Shown here in pieces: positions 1 through 9,174 of a DNA stretch of 64,000 nucleotides. The stretch spans positions 224,001 through 288,000 of the forward strand of contig OZ244197.1 in assembly GCA_965216785.1 (NCBI GenBank), read 5' to 3'. The notes below the pieces were generated by a model. The model ran no database searches, was not told the origin of the DNA, and saw only the letters and a program-made list of their open reading frames with translations. How positions within the stretch are numbered: position 1 is the stretch's first letter; the number at the start of each line of letters is the position of its first letter. The position numbers and the translations under genes are program-made. Source of the DNA: Thermodesulfobacteriota bacterium. GTDB taxonomy: Bacteria > Desulfobacterota_D > UBA1144 > Nemesobacterales > UBA2774.

Positions 1-276
1 GTCGGGGGTAATCTCAAGAGCGGGTCTTACCCGCTGCCCGAAACTTGTGTGGATATAATCACAAACCAGATATAAGATATCTTCCTTAGTCCTTATGTAC
101 TCGTAGAGAGTGCCGACGCTCATCCCGAACTTGCGCGCGATTTCGCGCACGGTCGTCTTATGAAAGCCCTTTTGCACAAACAGGTCCACAGCTGCCTTTA
201 CAATCTCCATCCTGCGGAGCTCTATAAGGTCTTTATCCTTAACCTGAGTTTCTATTTTTTTGAAAGACCTTTCCAT
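1..276 (-). CDS. TetR/AcrR family transcriptional regulator (3' end runs off the window; not in ORF track)
   Basis: Manual translation from ATG at 276: MERSFKKIETQVKDKDLIELRRMEIVKAAVDLFVQKGFHKTTVREIARKFGMSVGTLYEYIRTKEDIL..., a typical TetR N-terminal HTH (GFxxTTVREIA...GTLYxY..KEDIL). Confidence 0.9.
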   Translation of the reverse strand, partial: MERSFKKIETQVKDKDLIELRRMEIVKAAVDLFVQKGFHKTTVREIARKFGMSVGTLYEYIRTKEDILYLVCDYIHTSFGQRVRPALEITPD

Positions 277-429
277 ACTGGTTCCTTATCCGCGCTCTGC
301 AGGCAGCCGCGGAGCCTGGATTTGAATATAGGTATATTGTAACAGAAATGAGAGATGATTGAATTAAGGTCTAAAGAGTAATAATAAACAGCTCAACCTT
401 CCTTAAACAACCAAACACTAGTATTTTGT

Positions 430-1299
430 TTACATCGGATCCATCATCTCTGGAGGAGGCTCTACTGATTGACTAATGCTAAAGGAAGCTTCCACTATTA
501 AGTCCTCCATCGGAGGTATGGGGCATATAGCGGCCAGTTCCGGAGGTATCTCAAGCACTAATCTGGCCGTTATGACCTGGGTTCCACCAGCTCCAATGAA
601 TGCATTATATTGCACGAAAAACTCCCCTGCTTCTACACTCCCACTCACAACAGGGAATACCATACCATCCATGCCACCTGTAAAGAAACCGAGCCCGGGG
701 TTGCTGAGAGACACTTCAACTTCCGTACCCGGCTTAATACCAACTGTGGTAAAAACAAGCGTCACGAACACGGGTTGGGCATTAGGATCTTGAGAATTCG
801 GAACATCAATATCTGTATTTGCCGGAGCATTAATTCCCACACCCTGGAGTGTGATTGTGATAAAGTCAGATTCCGTATCGCCTTCTGGTGGGTTAATGGT
901 AGCCGAAATGTTAACAGTAGCTGTCTCATCAACACCTATGAGAATACCGGCTAGGTAGTTTACAAAAGCAACGTCGTCAAAAACAAACGGGCTCGCATCG
1001 AAAAGGCACCCTCTGAGTACAGGAGGTAGATCCGCTGAAAATGTGATTTCAAACTCGATCGGTGTACCGTCCTCTACAATCCCCGTATTGACCTGAATTA
1101 CAGAGTCACTGCAGCCGTTCCCGAAAAGCGTGCCAGGGTTGCCGCTAAGACCTATTATGGCTGTGTTAACCGGATTGTCCGAGACATTATTGTTTGAGAG
1201 ACTGTTCGAACAGCCCACAGCCGCTGCCAATGTTAATGACAAAACGAGAAACGAGAGCAGTTTTGTATATCTTGTTTTTAAGAATCTATTCATACTCAT
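430..1299 (-). CDS. Hypothetical acidic lipoprotein, probably Ig-like/beta-sandwich domains; last gene of the pilMNOPQ run
   Basis: Signal peptide ending in lipobox AVGC; beta-rich acidic mature part; SD AAGGAGG upstream. Confidence 0.7.
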   Translation of the reverse strand: MSMNRFLKTRYTKLLSFLVLSLTLAAAVGCSNSLSNNNVSDNPVNTAIIGLSGNPGTLFGNGCSDSVIQVNTGIVEDGTPIEFEITFSADLPPVLRGCLFDASPFVFDDVAFVNYLAGILIGVDETATVNISATINPPEGDTESDFITITLQGVGINAPANTDIDVPNSQDPNAQPVFVTLVFTTVGIKPGTEVEVSLSNPGLGFFTGGMDGMVFPVVSGSVEAGEFFVQYNAFIGAGGTQVITARLVLEIPPELAAICPIPPMEDLIVEASFSISQSVEPPPEMMDPM

Positions 1300-1335
1300 A
1301 AGGAATTATTCCTCCTTCTTGGAATAGTAACAATA

Positions 1336-1899
1336 TTAGTTGTTGTCGGCATTTACCGTAAATTCAACTATCTCTATGGCTCCGCTGTCAGTTGAGGCAG
1401 CCAAAGTCGCAGGGTCGATAACCCTGTCTCCGCTGACCAGAATTACTACGAAAGCTACTCCACGGTTATCAGTAAGGACATCAAACGGAGAGTCTACGAA
1501 AGCGCCCATCGCAAACCATTCGCTAATCGGTGTTAACAGACACTGCTGGGGCGAGCAGGCGTTGTTATTTACAAGCTGAAGCGCTCTCGCGTCGCTCACG
1601 CCGTCCCCGTTTGTATCTACGACCAATGAGTTCTCACCCGCAAACGAAAGGTCCCAAAACACTCTGACATCGTTTATGGGGTCGCCTTCCTCGTTCAGCA
1701 CTATAGCCTGTATCCTCATAGGTTCTAAGGAATTCGGAGGTATATTTATATCCGACGGCGGTTGAAGAATTGTAATTTCCGAGCCGAACGGTGCAAAAGC
1801 AGGGTTTGAGCCCCCGCATCCGTAAAACACCGCGCCCGCTATAAACAAGCAAACTAAAACAGCTGGGAATAATGCTTTACCTATTATATTCTTATTCAT
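1336..1899 (-). CDS. Hypothetical lipoprotein, Ig-like (Big_1/invasin-like) with a DxNGDG Ca-binding-like loop
   Basis: Start moved to ATG 1899 (GGAGG upstream); lipobox-like FYGC; motifs 'NEEGDPINDVRV', 'TDNRGVA', 'DTNGDGVSD'. Confidence 0.65.
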   Translation of the reverse strand: MNKNIIGKALFPAVLVCLFIAGAVFYGCGGSNPAFAPFGSEITILQPPSDINIPPNSLEPMRIQAIVLNEEGDPINDVRVFWDLSFAGENSLVVDTNGDGVSDARALQLVNNNACSPQQCLLTPISEWFAMGAFVDSPFDVLTDNRGVAFVVILVSGDRVIDPATLAASTDSGAIEIVEFTVNADNN

Positions 1900-1929
1900 C
1901 TCATCATCCTCCTGTTTAATAAAACACAA

Positions 1930-3807
1930 CTACCTAATTATCCTTGGAGTTATAAACACTATGAGCTCCCTTCTTTCGTCGTTCCTGACATTCCTTTCAA
2001 AAAGCCAGCCGAACAGAGGAAGCCTTGAGAACCAAGGAATGCTGTTGTTCGTATCACTCAGACGTTTTGTGAATATACCGCCAATAACGATCGTCTGACC
2101 GTCACCCGCGAGCACCTGCGTTGTAGCCTCGTTCCTTCTGATACTAGGCTGGTCGCCCGCTCCCGTGACAGACTCGTCAGGAGCGTTATCCGTAACTGTA
2201 ATTTCCATTAATATCCTGTCGTCGTTCGTAACCTGAGGAGTTACCGAGAGTCTTAGCGTAGCATCCACAAACTGAGTCTGCGTACCTGCCGCTGAGACAC
2301 TCAGAAACGGTATTGAAACACCCTGTTCGATCCTGGCAGGGGTATTATCCAGGGTTAGTACCTTTGGAGAGGACAGTACGCGTCCTTCTCCCCTGTTTTC
2401 AAGAGCGGACAGCCTGAGGTCAAGGTCGTATGCTCCGGTAAGACTCCCGAGCACAATACCCACAACACCACCAGCGCCGGTACCGGCTGCGGCCGGTAGG
2501 TCCACAATGAAGTTATCAGCAGTTGTACCGAAGGGGCCTGAAGTAGATGTACCACCGATCTCAACATCGGATGGGAATGTAGCGCCCGTTGGGTTTCCTG
2601 TCGCTGCAGACGCCCTGTAGTTAAATCCCCACTGCACACCGAGATCCCTTGTGAAATCCAGAGTCGCCTGCACAATCCTAGACTCTATCAGAACCTGCGG
2701 GGTCCTGGTATCGAGGTCCTCAATGAGCTCCTCAATCTGTCTAACTCTGAGCCCTGTGTCGGTGACTAGAACGCTATTGGTACGGGTATCCACCCTTAAG
2801 TCGCCTCTCGGGCTTAGAAGAGGCTCAACCAACGGTATAAGCTCTTCGGCGCTTGCGTAGTTTATAAATACCTGCTCTGTAGAAAGAGGCTCCAGCTCTT
2901 CCTTGGACTGGGCTGCGCGCCTAACGGCTTGCTGTCTTGCCTGGAGCGTGCCGAGAGGTGCTACTCTCATTACGTTACCTTCGATGAATGCTCCGAGACC
3001 CGCATCTTCAAGTATTACATCAAGCGCTTGGTCCCAGGGTACATTGGTCAGCTTAAGGGTAACCGTACCTGCAACATTCCTCGCAATAATCATATTGAAT
3101 CCACTTATATCCGCTATAATCCTGAGCACATCTCTTATGTCCGCATCCTTAAAGTCAAAAGATACGAGCTGTCCACGGTAAGTTTTTGTTGCGCCCGGAA
3201 TGGTCGTAAGTCTGAAGTCAAACGCGTAGAGGTCTTCCTCGCTGACTTCGACTTCCACCTCTTCTACCTCTTCACTTGCTTGCTGCGCGCGCGATTCACC
3301 CAGGCTCAGAGTAATGGTGTTCCCGTCCTGGGATATGTCTACCTCTACATCTTCATATTTAAGCTCGACAACCACAATGACATCGCTCGCTTTGATAGGA
3401 TCCCGGAACGAAGAGATGAAATTAATAGGGCTATCGAAATCACTCACGTCCCGCGAGACTTGAAATTTCTCGGCAAGTATAACGTCTTTAATCTTGAGGC
3501 TTACCTTTTTCTTTTCTTCGGTCAGCCTTTCATATTGAACGGGTCTTGAAGTGCCGACTGTGACGATTCCCAAGCCCTGATTGACTTCGAACCCTATATT
3601 TTCAAGGGAATTGGGAGAGCTTCCCGGCGTTGCTTGCGCAAGCACTGCCGAAGCCTGCTCCCCAGTGCCCGGGGCATTAATATACATACCGGCACTAGAA
3701 AGAACTCGGCTATCTTTAATGTTTTGAGATTGACTTCCTGCTGCCTGAGAAATAGGTATATATATGCAGAATAAAAGCAATATACTCAATATGTATATAA
3801 ATCTCAT
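1930..3807 (-). CDS. pilQ: Type IV pilus secretin PilQ
   Basis: Signal peptide, AMIN-like region, N0 'SFDFKDADIRDVLRIIA...PWDQALD', secretin domain 'QVLIESRIV...IPWFSRLPLFGWLF...ELIVFITPRII'; start at ATG 3807 after GGAGG. Confidence 0.95.
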   Translation of the reverse strand: MRFIYILSILLLFCIYIPISQAAGSQSQNIKDSRVLSSAGMYINAPGTGEQASAVLAQATPGSSPNSLENIGFEVNQGLGIVTVGTSRPVQYERLTEEKKKVSLKIKDVILAEKFQVSRDVSDFDSPINFISSFRDPIKASDVIVVVELKYEDVEVDISQDGNTITLSLGESRAQQASEEVEEVEVEVSEEDLYAFDFRLTTIPGATKTYRGQLVSFDFKDADIRDVLRIIADISGFNMIIARNVAGTVTLKLTNVPWDQALDVILEDAGLGAFIEGNVMRVAPLGTLQARQQAVRRAAQSKEELEPLSTEQVFINYASAEELIPLVEPLLSPRGDLRVDTRTNSVLVTDTGLRVRQIEELIEDLDTRTPQVLIESRIVQATLDFTRDLGVQWGFNYRASAATGNPTGATFPSDVEIGGTSTSGPFGTTADNFIVDLPAAAGTGAGGVVGIVLGSLTGAYDLDLRLSALENRGEGRVLSSPKVLTLDNTPARIEQGVSIPFLSVSAAGTQTQFVDATLRLSVTPQVTNDDRILMEITVTDNAPDESVTGAGDQPSIRRNEATTQVLAGDGQTIVIGGIFTKRLSDTNNSIPWFSRLPLFGWLFERNVRNDERRELIVFITPRIIR

Positions 3808-3863
3808 CTCACCATCCTCCTTATCTTCATCATCCACAAAATAACATATCCCTGTTATAAATA

Positions 3864-4589
3864 TTAATTCTGAAAAGCAAGTACCGATCTCTTAACTTCG
3901 GTCCTTACCTCGCCATAAACATTTTCAAGCTTTGTCTTTTCCTGCACTAAAATCCCGCTCTCTCTAACTTCCAGTATTTCTCCGTCTTTATTGCCGATCT
4001 TATCCCCTACACCTAAAAAATATGTATTTGTCTCAGGGTCTACTATCATGGCTTTTGGTTCGTTTCCAATCCAAATAATTCCCGCAAGCCTGAAACTGTT
4101 TAACGGGTAGCGTCTTATAGGCGGCCTCACAATTGGAAGCGGACTCGAAGGTCTGTCGACAAGTCTTATGAATGGCTTGAAGGGATCGCGCATTCCCGTT
4201 GAGTCGTAACGTGGTTTTTCAGGGGGTCTAAGTGAATCTCCTCTTGGAAGCCCTTCTACCTGTTTATTAGTAGTATCCTGAGTCTCCGGCTGAGATTGAT
4301 TTGTCTGGGCTTCATTCCCAGGGTCAGCCTCAGCGCTATTTTCTACTTGTGGATCGTCTGCAACTTCTTGAGGGTTATTTACTTCTTCAGCATTATCAGT
4401 GTCTATACGACCCTCTGCCTCTTGAATAGCTTTAAGACCGTCGCCTAAGGTATTTTCTTCGCCTTGCGGATTTACTTCCTCCTGTGAGAGCGCTTGGGTG
4501 AGCGGACACAGCAGTAAAATCGCTAACAATAAGAAAGCAGTATATATATTCGTCATCCTTTTCATCTCTTTCATGGCCCTGGGTCTCAT
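3864..4589 (-). CDS. pilP: Type IV pilus assembly protein PilP (long acidic N-terminal linker)
   Basis: 'RDPFKP...PIRRYPLNSFRLAGII...VGDKIG' PilP domain; lies between pilO and pilQ. Confidence 0.85.
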   Translation of the reverse strand: MRPRAMKEMKRMTNIYTAFLLLAILLLCPLTQALSQEEVNPQGEENTLGDGLKAIQEAEGRIDTDNAEEVNNPQEVADDPQVENSAEADPGNEAQTNQSQPETQDTTNKQVEGLPRGDSLRPPEKPRYDSTGMRDPFKPFIRLVDRPSSPLPIVRPPIRRYPLNSFRLAGIIWIGNEPKAMIVDPETNTYFLGVGDKIGNKDGEILEVRESGILVQEKTKLENVYGEVRTEVKRSVLAFQN

Positions 4590-4606
4590 TATTTCTATTT
4601 CACCTA

Positions 4607-5200
4607 TTAACCCGGCGGTGGTGGCGGCGGCGGTAGCAAGCGGAATGTAACTACGCTAAATTTCGCGTCGAGAATAGTGCCCCCTCCTTTAGCGCGCTCT
4701 AGATTAAGATTTCTAACATTAACGATTCTCGGAAGTCTCGATATTCGGTCAAAGAAATCAGCCAGGTTATAATAAGTACCAACTACCTGCATCTCAATCG
4801 GTATTTCTGCGTATATCTCTTTTGTAACCTGCGGCTTTGGAGCAAAAATGATTGAATCGAGACTTGAAGCCGATATCTCTTCATAAACACTATCAATTAA
4901 AGCCGGTATTTCTTTTTCCTTGGGAAGCTTGCTTGCAACGAGCTCAAATTCCTTTTGAAGGCGCGCGTTTTCAGCTTCGAACTTTGGCAGCTCTCTGGCG
5001 ATAGCCTCGTACTCGGATACCTGTTTTTCTACCTGGGCAGCTCTCGATGTAGCCCTTCTAATATCTTCGGACTTAGGGGACCAGTAAAAATACCAATACC
5101 CACCCGCTATTGCTAAGACCAAGAACACTAAGATACCGATCTTAACCTGATTGGTCTGCTCATTAATAGTGGAAACTAAATTTTGTATTGAGCTTAGCAT
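4607..5200 (-). CDS. pilO: Type IV pilus assembly protein PilO
   Basis: TM + coiled coil + 'LPKEKEIPALI...YAEIPI...GTYYNLADFF...LPRIVN'. Confidence 0.93.
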   Translation of the reverse strand: MLSSIQNLVSTINEQTNQVKIGILVFLVLAIAGGYWYFYWSPKSEDIRRATSRAAQVEKQVSEYEAIARELPKFEAENARLQKEFELVASKLPKEKEIPALIDSVYEEISASSLDSIIFAPKPQVTKEIYAEIPIEMQVVGTYYNLADFFDRISRLPRIVNVRNLNLERAKGGGTILDAKFSVVTFRLLPPPPPPPG

Positions 5201-5211
5201 TATTATTTGAC

Positions 5212-5805
5212 CTACTTCTTGTCTCCAACCTCGGAGTTTTGATCAGCCTTCTCCTGCTCATGGTTGCCCGTATAATCAAGTCTCGAGGTGATTACGAAGC
5301 TCCTTAAGTTCTGGTCGCGCAAGGAGGTCTTCTTTATTACTCCAAGCTCTACACCCGTGAAGTAAGGGGATTTTTGAAGCGCCTCCATAAAATCCGCAAC
5401 CGTAAATTCATTGTCGGCTATACCGCTTAATTTTGCGTTTAATCCACTCTCCGTAAATTCATCTATCCATGCTTTCCTGGGAATACCGTTACCAAGCGCG
5501 TCCATAACGTAGAGGGGCCCCGTGCGGTTACTTTCGAGCACTTTTATTATTTCTATTCTGCGGTTAAGCTCTGCGTTTCTGGCTTTAAAATCATCGACTT
5601 TCCTTTTAACTTCCTCAAGCTCCTGTATGCGTTTTTCCGCTTTGGCAATCCTCGAGTTTAGAGTATCCAGCTTTTTGTCCTGTAGAATATTAATAGCCGC
5701 AATCGCGGTAAAAAGCGCAACAAGGACAGCAAGGCCTATGAAAACCTGGCTGTATCCGCCGAAATCCTTCTTTGTTTCCTCTCCTAAAAGATTTACTCTA
5801 ATCAT
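5212..5805 (-). CDS. pilN: Type IV pilus assembly protein PilN
   Basis: N-terminal 'MIRVNLL' PilM-binding motif, TM, coiled coil, 'FMEALQKSPYF'. Confidence 0.93.
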   Translation of the reverse strand: MIRVNLLGEETKKDFGGYSQVFIGLAVLVALFTAIAAINILQDKKLDTLNSRIAKAEKRIQELEEVKRKVDDFKARNAELNRRIEIIKVLESNRTGPLYVMDALGNGIPRKAWIDEFTESGLNAKLSGIADNEFTVADFMEALQKSPYFTGVELGVIKKTSLRDQNLRSFVITSRLDYTGNHEQEKADQNSEVGDKK

Positions 5806-6851
5806 TACTTATCACCCGGTTTCCTTAACGCAAGCCCCATTACTACGTTCATTTTCGGAGCTAAGTCCTCTAAATAATCGGGATCGAAATCACTCGTATC
5901 ATAGCTGATAGTCCTGAACGGATTCATCATTTCAACATCTGACTCAGTCATGTCCGTGAGCACTTCTATAAGCCCCGGGACTTTTGATGAGCCTCCGCCC
6001 AGCATGATAGCCTCTATCTTGCCTTTCCATAAAGTCGATGAAAAGAAATCCAGAGTCCTCTTAATTTCACCGCATATCAAATCTACGAAATCCTGAGATA
6101 TACGCTCTACCTGGGGATTCGGTTCTCCGGACATTAGCGTAAGTTTCATACTCTCGGCTTCTTCGAAACTGCAATCAAATTCCTTAATAATCCAATCCGT
6201 GAACTGATCACCGCCCACAGTTATGTCCCTCGTAAAAATCGAGACCCCGTCTTTGAGTATATTGATGTTAGTTACAGAAGCACCGATATTCACTAAAGCT
6301 AAAACACCCTGAGACTCCGCGTAATTTATTTCATACATGTTTTCAAGAGCGAAAACATCGACATCCACTACTACGGGGTTGAGACCAACTTCATTTACTA
6401 TTGAAATGTAGGAATTGGTGACGTCCTTCTTTGCCGCCACAATGAGAACATCGATATTGCCGTCAGGTGTTTCTCCCGGAATTACCTGATAGTCGTAGCT
6501 TACGTCCTGAATACTTTGAGGTATGTACTGCTCGAGCTCCCAAGGTATGGACTCTTTGAGCTCGTTATGAGACATGTTGGGCATGCTTACTTTTTTTATT
6601 ATTACCGAATGGCCTGAAATTGAGATGGCTACGTTTTTAGTTTTAATGCGCAGATCATCCATGAGAACTGACAATGTGTCTGCAACCGCATCGGGCTTTG
6701 TAATAACCTTATTTACAATAGACTGGTGAGGCAGCACAGCCTCTCCAACGTTCTTTAGCTGATGGCCTTTTTTAGTACTTTTAAGCTCTAAAACCTTGAT
6801 GGTATTAGAGCCTATGTCCAGTCCGACAACTCCCTTTCTACCTAAAAACAA
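5805..6851 (-). CDS. pilM: Type IV pilus assembly protein PilM (actin-like)
   Basis: 'VGLDIGS..IK', 'LVNIGA', 'LGGGSSK..GL', 'GLALR'; TTG start after GGAGG. Confidence 0.95.
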   Translation of the reverse strand: MFLGRKGVVGLDIGSNTIKVLELKSTKKGHQLKNVGEAVLPHQSIVNKVITKPDAVADTLSVLMDDLRIKTKNVAISISGHSVIIKKVSMPNMSHNELKESIPWELEQYIPQSIQDVSYDYQVIPGETPDGNIDVLIVAAKKDVTNSYISIVNEVGLNPVVVDVDVFALENMYEINYAESQGVLALVNIGASVTNINILKDGVSIFTRDITVGGDQFTDWIIKEFDCSFEEAESMKLTLMSGEPNPQVERISQDFVDLICGEIKRTLDFFSSTLWKGKIEAIMLGGGSSKVPGLIEVLTDMTESDVEMMNPFRTISYDTSDFDPDYLEDLAPKMNVVMGLALRKPGDK

Positions 6852-7120
6852 GTTATCCTCCCTACTTACACTACTTATTTAACCATCTTTTTTAACTATT
6901 TGCAATACCAAACCTCATAAATTTAAAATATCACTTTAATTGTTATCGTTACCGTGCTGCAATGGTTTGTTTTAACCTTTAGTATATAGTGGTCGTTTTA
7001 AAATACCGACTTAGTTTTATTTCAGGGCATAACTTAAGAAAGGGGCGGGTTCTTGGAAGTTGTTCAATCTTATTCTAACTATCTGTAATTGAACAACATT
7101 TTAATACATACTGTCTCCAA

Positions 7121-7206
7121 CTTCGGTAACCCTGCCGTCCTAGACCAAGCCCTTAGACCGTCGGTTTTGCGTCCTGTACTTTCATACAGTATGCCACTTG
7201 TCGGTT
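7121..7206 (-). ncRNA. c-di-GMP-I (GEMM-I) riboswitch upstream of pilM
   Basis: Minus strand reads ACCGACAAGUGGCAUACUGUAU-GAAA-GUACAGGACGCAAAACCGACGGUCUAAGGGCUUGGUCUAGGACGGCAGGGUUACCGAAG. It has the P2 stem with GAAA tetraloop, GGACGCAAA core, P3 with tetraloop-receptor-like CUAAG and 3' GGUUACCGA, and is colinear with the Vc2-type consensus. Confidence 0.9.
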
Positions 7207-7323
7207 AGAAACTTATACCATAATTTGAAAAATACAGCTTAACTGCCTTTTTGTCAATACTTTTTTGGTTGGGAAGTATAGGTAATACTTTAAGGTATAC
7301 GTGAGAAAATTTGCCTTGACGCT

Positions 7324-7710
7324 TTAGGAAGGAGGCTGCAGATCCGCTTCATCCTCATAGTAAATTTCAACTTCCTTTGAGAATACATTCGCAGAATCAG
7401 CCTCGAGCGTCACGCTGAAAAACGCCCTTTCAGAGGGAAATAGCAAAAAGCCTGACCCTTCCTCAAATACTGAGACAGAGTTTGCTTCAAGAATATTTCC
7501 GTCCTGATCTTTTAAAACAATTACTACATATATGGAGCCTACAGCTTCATCCCCGTTATTGATAACAGCGCCGTTAAACTCAAGGTGGCCGTCACGGTCC
7601 ACGCTTTCAAGTATCGGGCCGTCAAGCGCAACCGTACCACTCTCGTTCGGGGTACCGCAACCCCAGCCTGCGAGTAAGAGAATTGTTAGAATTAAAATAT
7701 ATTTCTTCAT
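7324..7710 (-). CDS. Small lipoprotein, FxLYD-like Ig domain
   Basis: Lipobox GWGC; 'GAVINNG...VIVLKDQDGNILE...L.PSE...F' pattern; overlaps upstream stop by 4 nt. Confidence 0.7.
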   Translation of the reverse strand: MKKYILILTILLLAGWGCGTPNESGTVALDGPILESVDRDGHLEFNGAVINNGDEAVGSIYVVIVLKDQDGNILEANSVSVFEEGSGFLLFPSERAFFSVTLEADSANVFSKEVEIYYEDEADLQPPS

Positions 7711-8486
7711 TGCTTTCTCTTTTCAGCCAGCTCCGAAATAGATATTACATTCTTGTCCTCGGCGTTTTCCTTTTGCTTCTTCAGGTCCTCCCCGCCACCG
7801 TCTTTATCAACCCTATGGTCGTCTATAATATCGCCGAGCACCTTGTGCATAATCTTAAGCGCACCAATTGAGTGTTCCTTTAGATAACCTTTTTCAAATA
7901 CTACCTCTTTCTTCTTTCTCATCATTAAGAGGTAGAAGATAAAAGCCTGGTTATTCAAAACGATCAGCATCGCGGCGTAGAGAAGATAATTGTCCGCGAA
8001 CACTTTCTTTAATATGCCTTTAGTATCGGAATCGATCTTAACAAGTCCGAAAGGCTCAGTTTGAGCTTGAGTAGTAAACGGGACGGATACGGAAATGATG
8101 CCGTTAGTGTCTGTGACCGTATAGCCGCCCTCAGGATAGAACTCACTCATAAAAAGGCCGTCTGTACCGCTCCCGCTTTCTATGTCCTTTTTGAATACCA
8201 CGCTAAAGAATTTTGGAGAAACTTCAAATGTATTGAACAGCTTTTTCCTGCCCAGTCTTTTATCGAGGAAATGATAGAACTCACCGCTTGTAGGCTGGAT
8301 ACCTTCCTCAGAATAAAAATCGCCGGCCAAATCGCCAATGGTCTCAGAGATTGCTCTCGTTTTATTGACGAACTCGTCTTTGGCTTTATTGAACTGGAAA
8401 AGAAACACCAATCCTATAAGAGCTAGGATACACAGCTCAATACCAATTGCTTTTGCTATCGTCGAAAACTTTCCGTTTAAGCGCAT
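7707..8486 (-). CDS. Hypothetical membrane protein: two TM helices flanking a periplasmic sensor-like domain, short cytoplasmic tail
   Basis: Hydrophobic segments at about aa 11-31 and 168-188; no kinase or cyclase motifs in the tail. Confidence 0.7.
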   Translation of the reverse strand: MRLNGKFSTIAKAIGIELCILALIGLVFLFQFNKAKDEFVNKTRAISETIGDLAGDFYSEEGIQPTSGEFYHFLDKRLGRKKLFNTFEVSPKFFSVVFKKDIESGSGTDGLFMSEFYPEGGYTVTDTNGIISVSVPFTTQAQTEPFGLVKIDSDTKGILKKVFADNYLLYAAMLIVLNNQAFIFYLLMMRKKKEVVFEKGYLKEHSIGALKIMHKVLGDIIDDHRVDKDGGGEDLKKQKENAEDKNVISISELAEKRKQ

Positions 8487-8893
8487 TTCTCCATGAACTC
8501 TTCGAGTATCTCCTGAATACCTTCGTCTTGGGAATGTCTAAGAAGCATAAAAATCATTCCCCCGAAATCTTTCCTCATATCCGCATTCAAACTTCTGTAG
8601 AGATTTATCAGAGCCTTCTCCGCATCGGTAAGCACTTCGAAGCTCTCTTGTGAAATCTCTTCTTTTTCCATAAACCTGTTGAGGCGCTCTTTTTTAGCCA
8701 CTGTCCAGAGCTCCTCTATTTCTACTTCTAGTATTGCCGCGATCTGATGACACCTGTCGATCGACGGAGCATCAACTTTCCCCGTCTCGAGCTGGTGAAT
8801 GAAAACACTGGATACATCAAGAGAACGTGCAAGATCCTCCTGAGTAATATTCTTGTGTTTCCTCTTACTCTTTAGATAATCACCGAATCTCAT
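8477..8893 (-). CDS. XRE-family helix-turn-helix transcriptional regulator
   Basis: 'FGDYLKSKRKHKNITQEDLA...VS..FIHQLETG...PS' HTH_3 signature; SD GGAGG. Confidence 0.9.
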   Translation of the reverse strand: MRFGDYLKSKRKHKNITQEDLARSLDVSSVFIHQLETGKVDAPSIDRCHQIAAILEVEIEELWTVAKKERLNRFMEKEEISQESFEVLTDAEKALINLYRSLNADMRKDFGGMIFMLLRHSQDEGIQEILEEFMEKCA

Positions 8894-9174
8894 TATGGCC
8901 TCCTGGCTTTGAGGTATTAACTATAATGTATTATTACACCTTTCCTTAACCTAATTCTACACTATAAACCCATGTAATATCAAGGGTTATATGGTTTAAA
9001 TAACCGACATTTAAACTTCTACATTAATATTTTACCCTGAGAGAACTAAAAGCCGGACAGAAAAGGTGAATAAGCGTAATTAGAGCTGTTCCCGCGTATT
9101 TAGATATATATGGCGGAGCAAGAGGCGATTTTCCGTGTATACAGAGTATGAGGAGCCCCCGGAGTTAAGAATCT

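Noticed and set aside
6895-6920. Sigma54 promoter before pilM
   Set aside because: The GG-to-GC spacing is 9 nt rather than 10 and the TGGCAC match is poor.
7121-7206. Calling the riboswitch cGAMP-specific
   Set aside because: Position 20 is G and the P2 base is G-C as in c-di-GMP binders; sequence alone does not support the switch.
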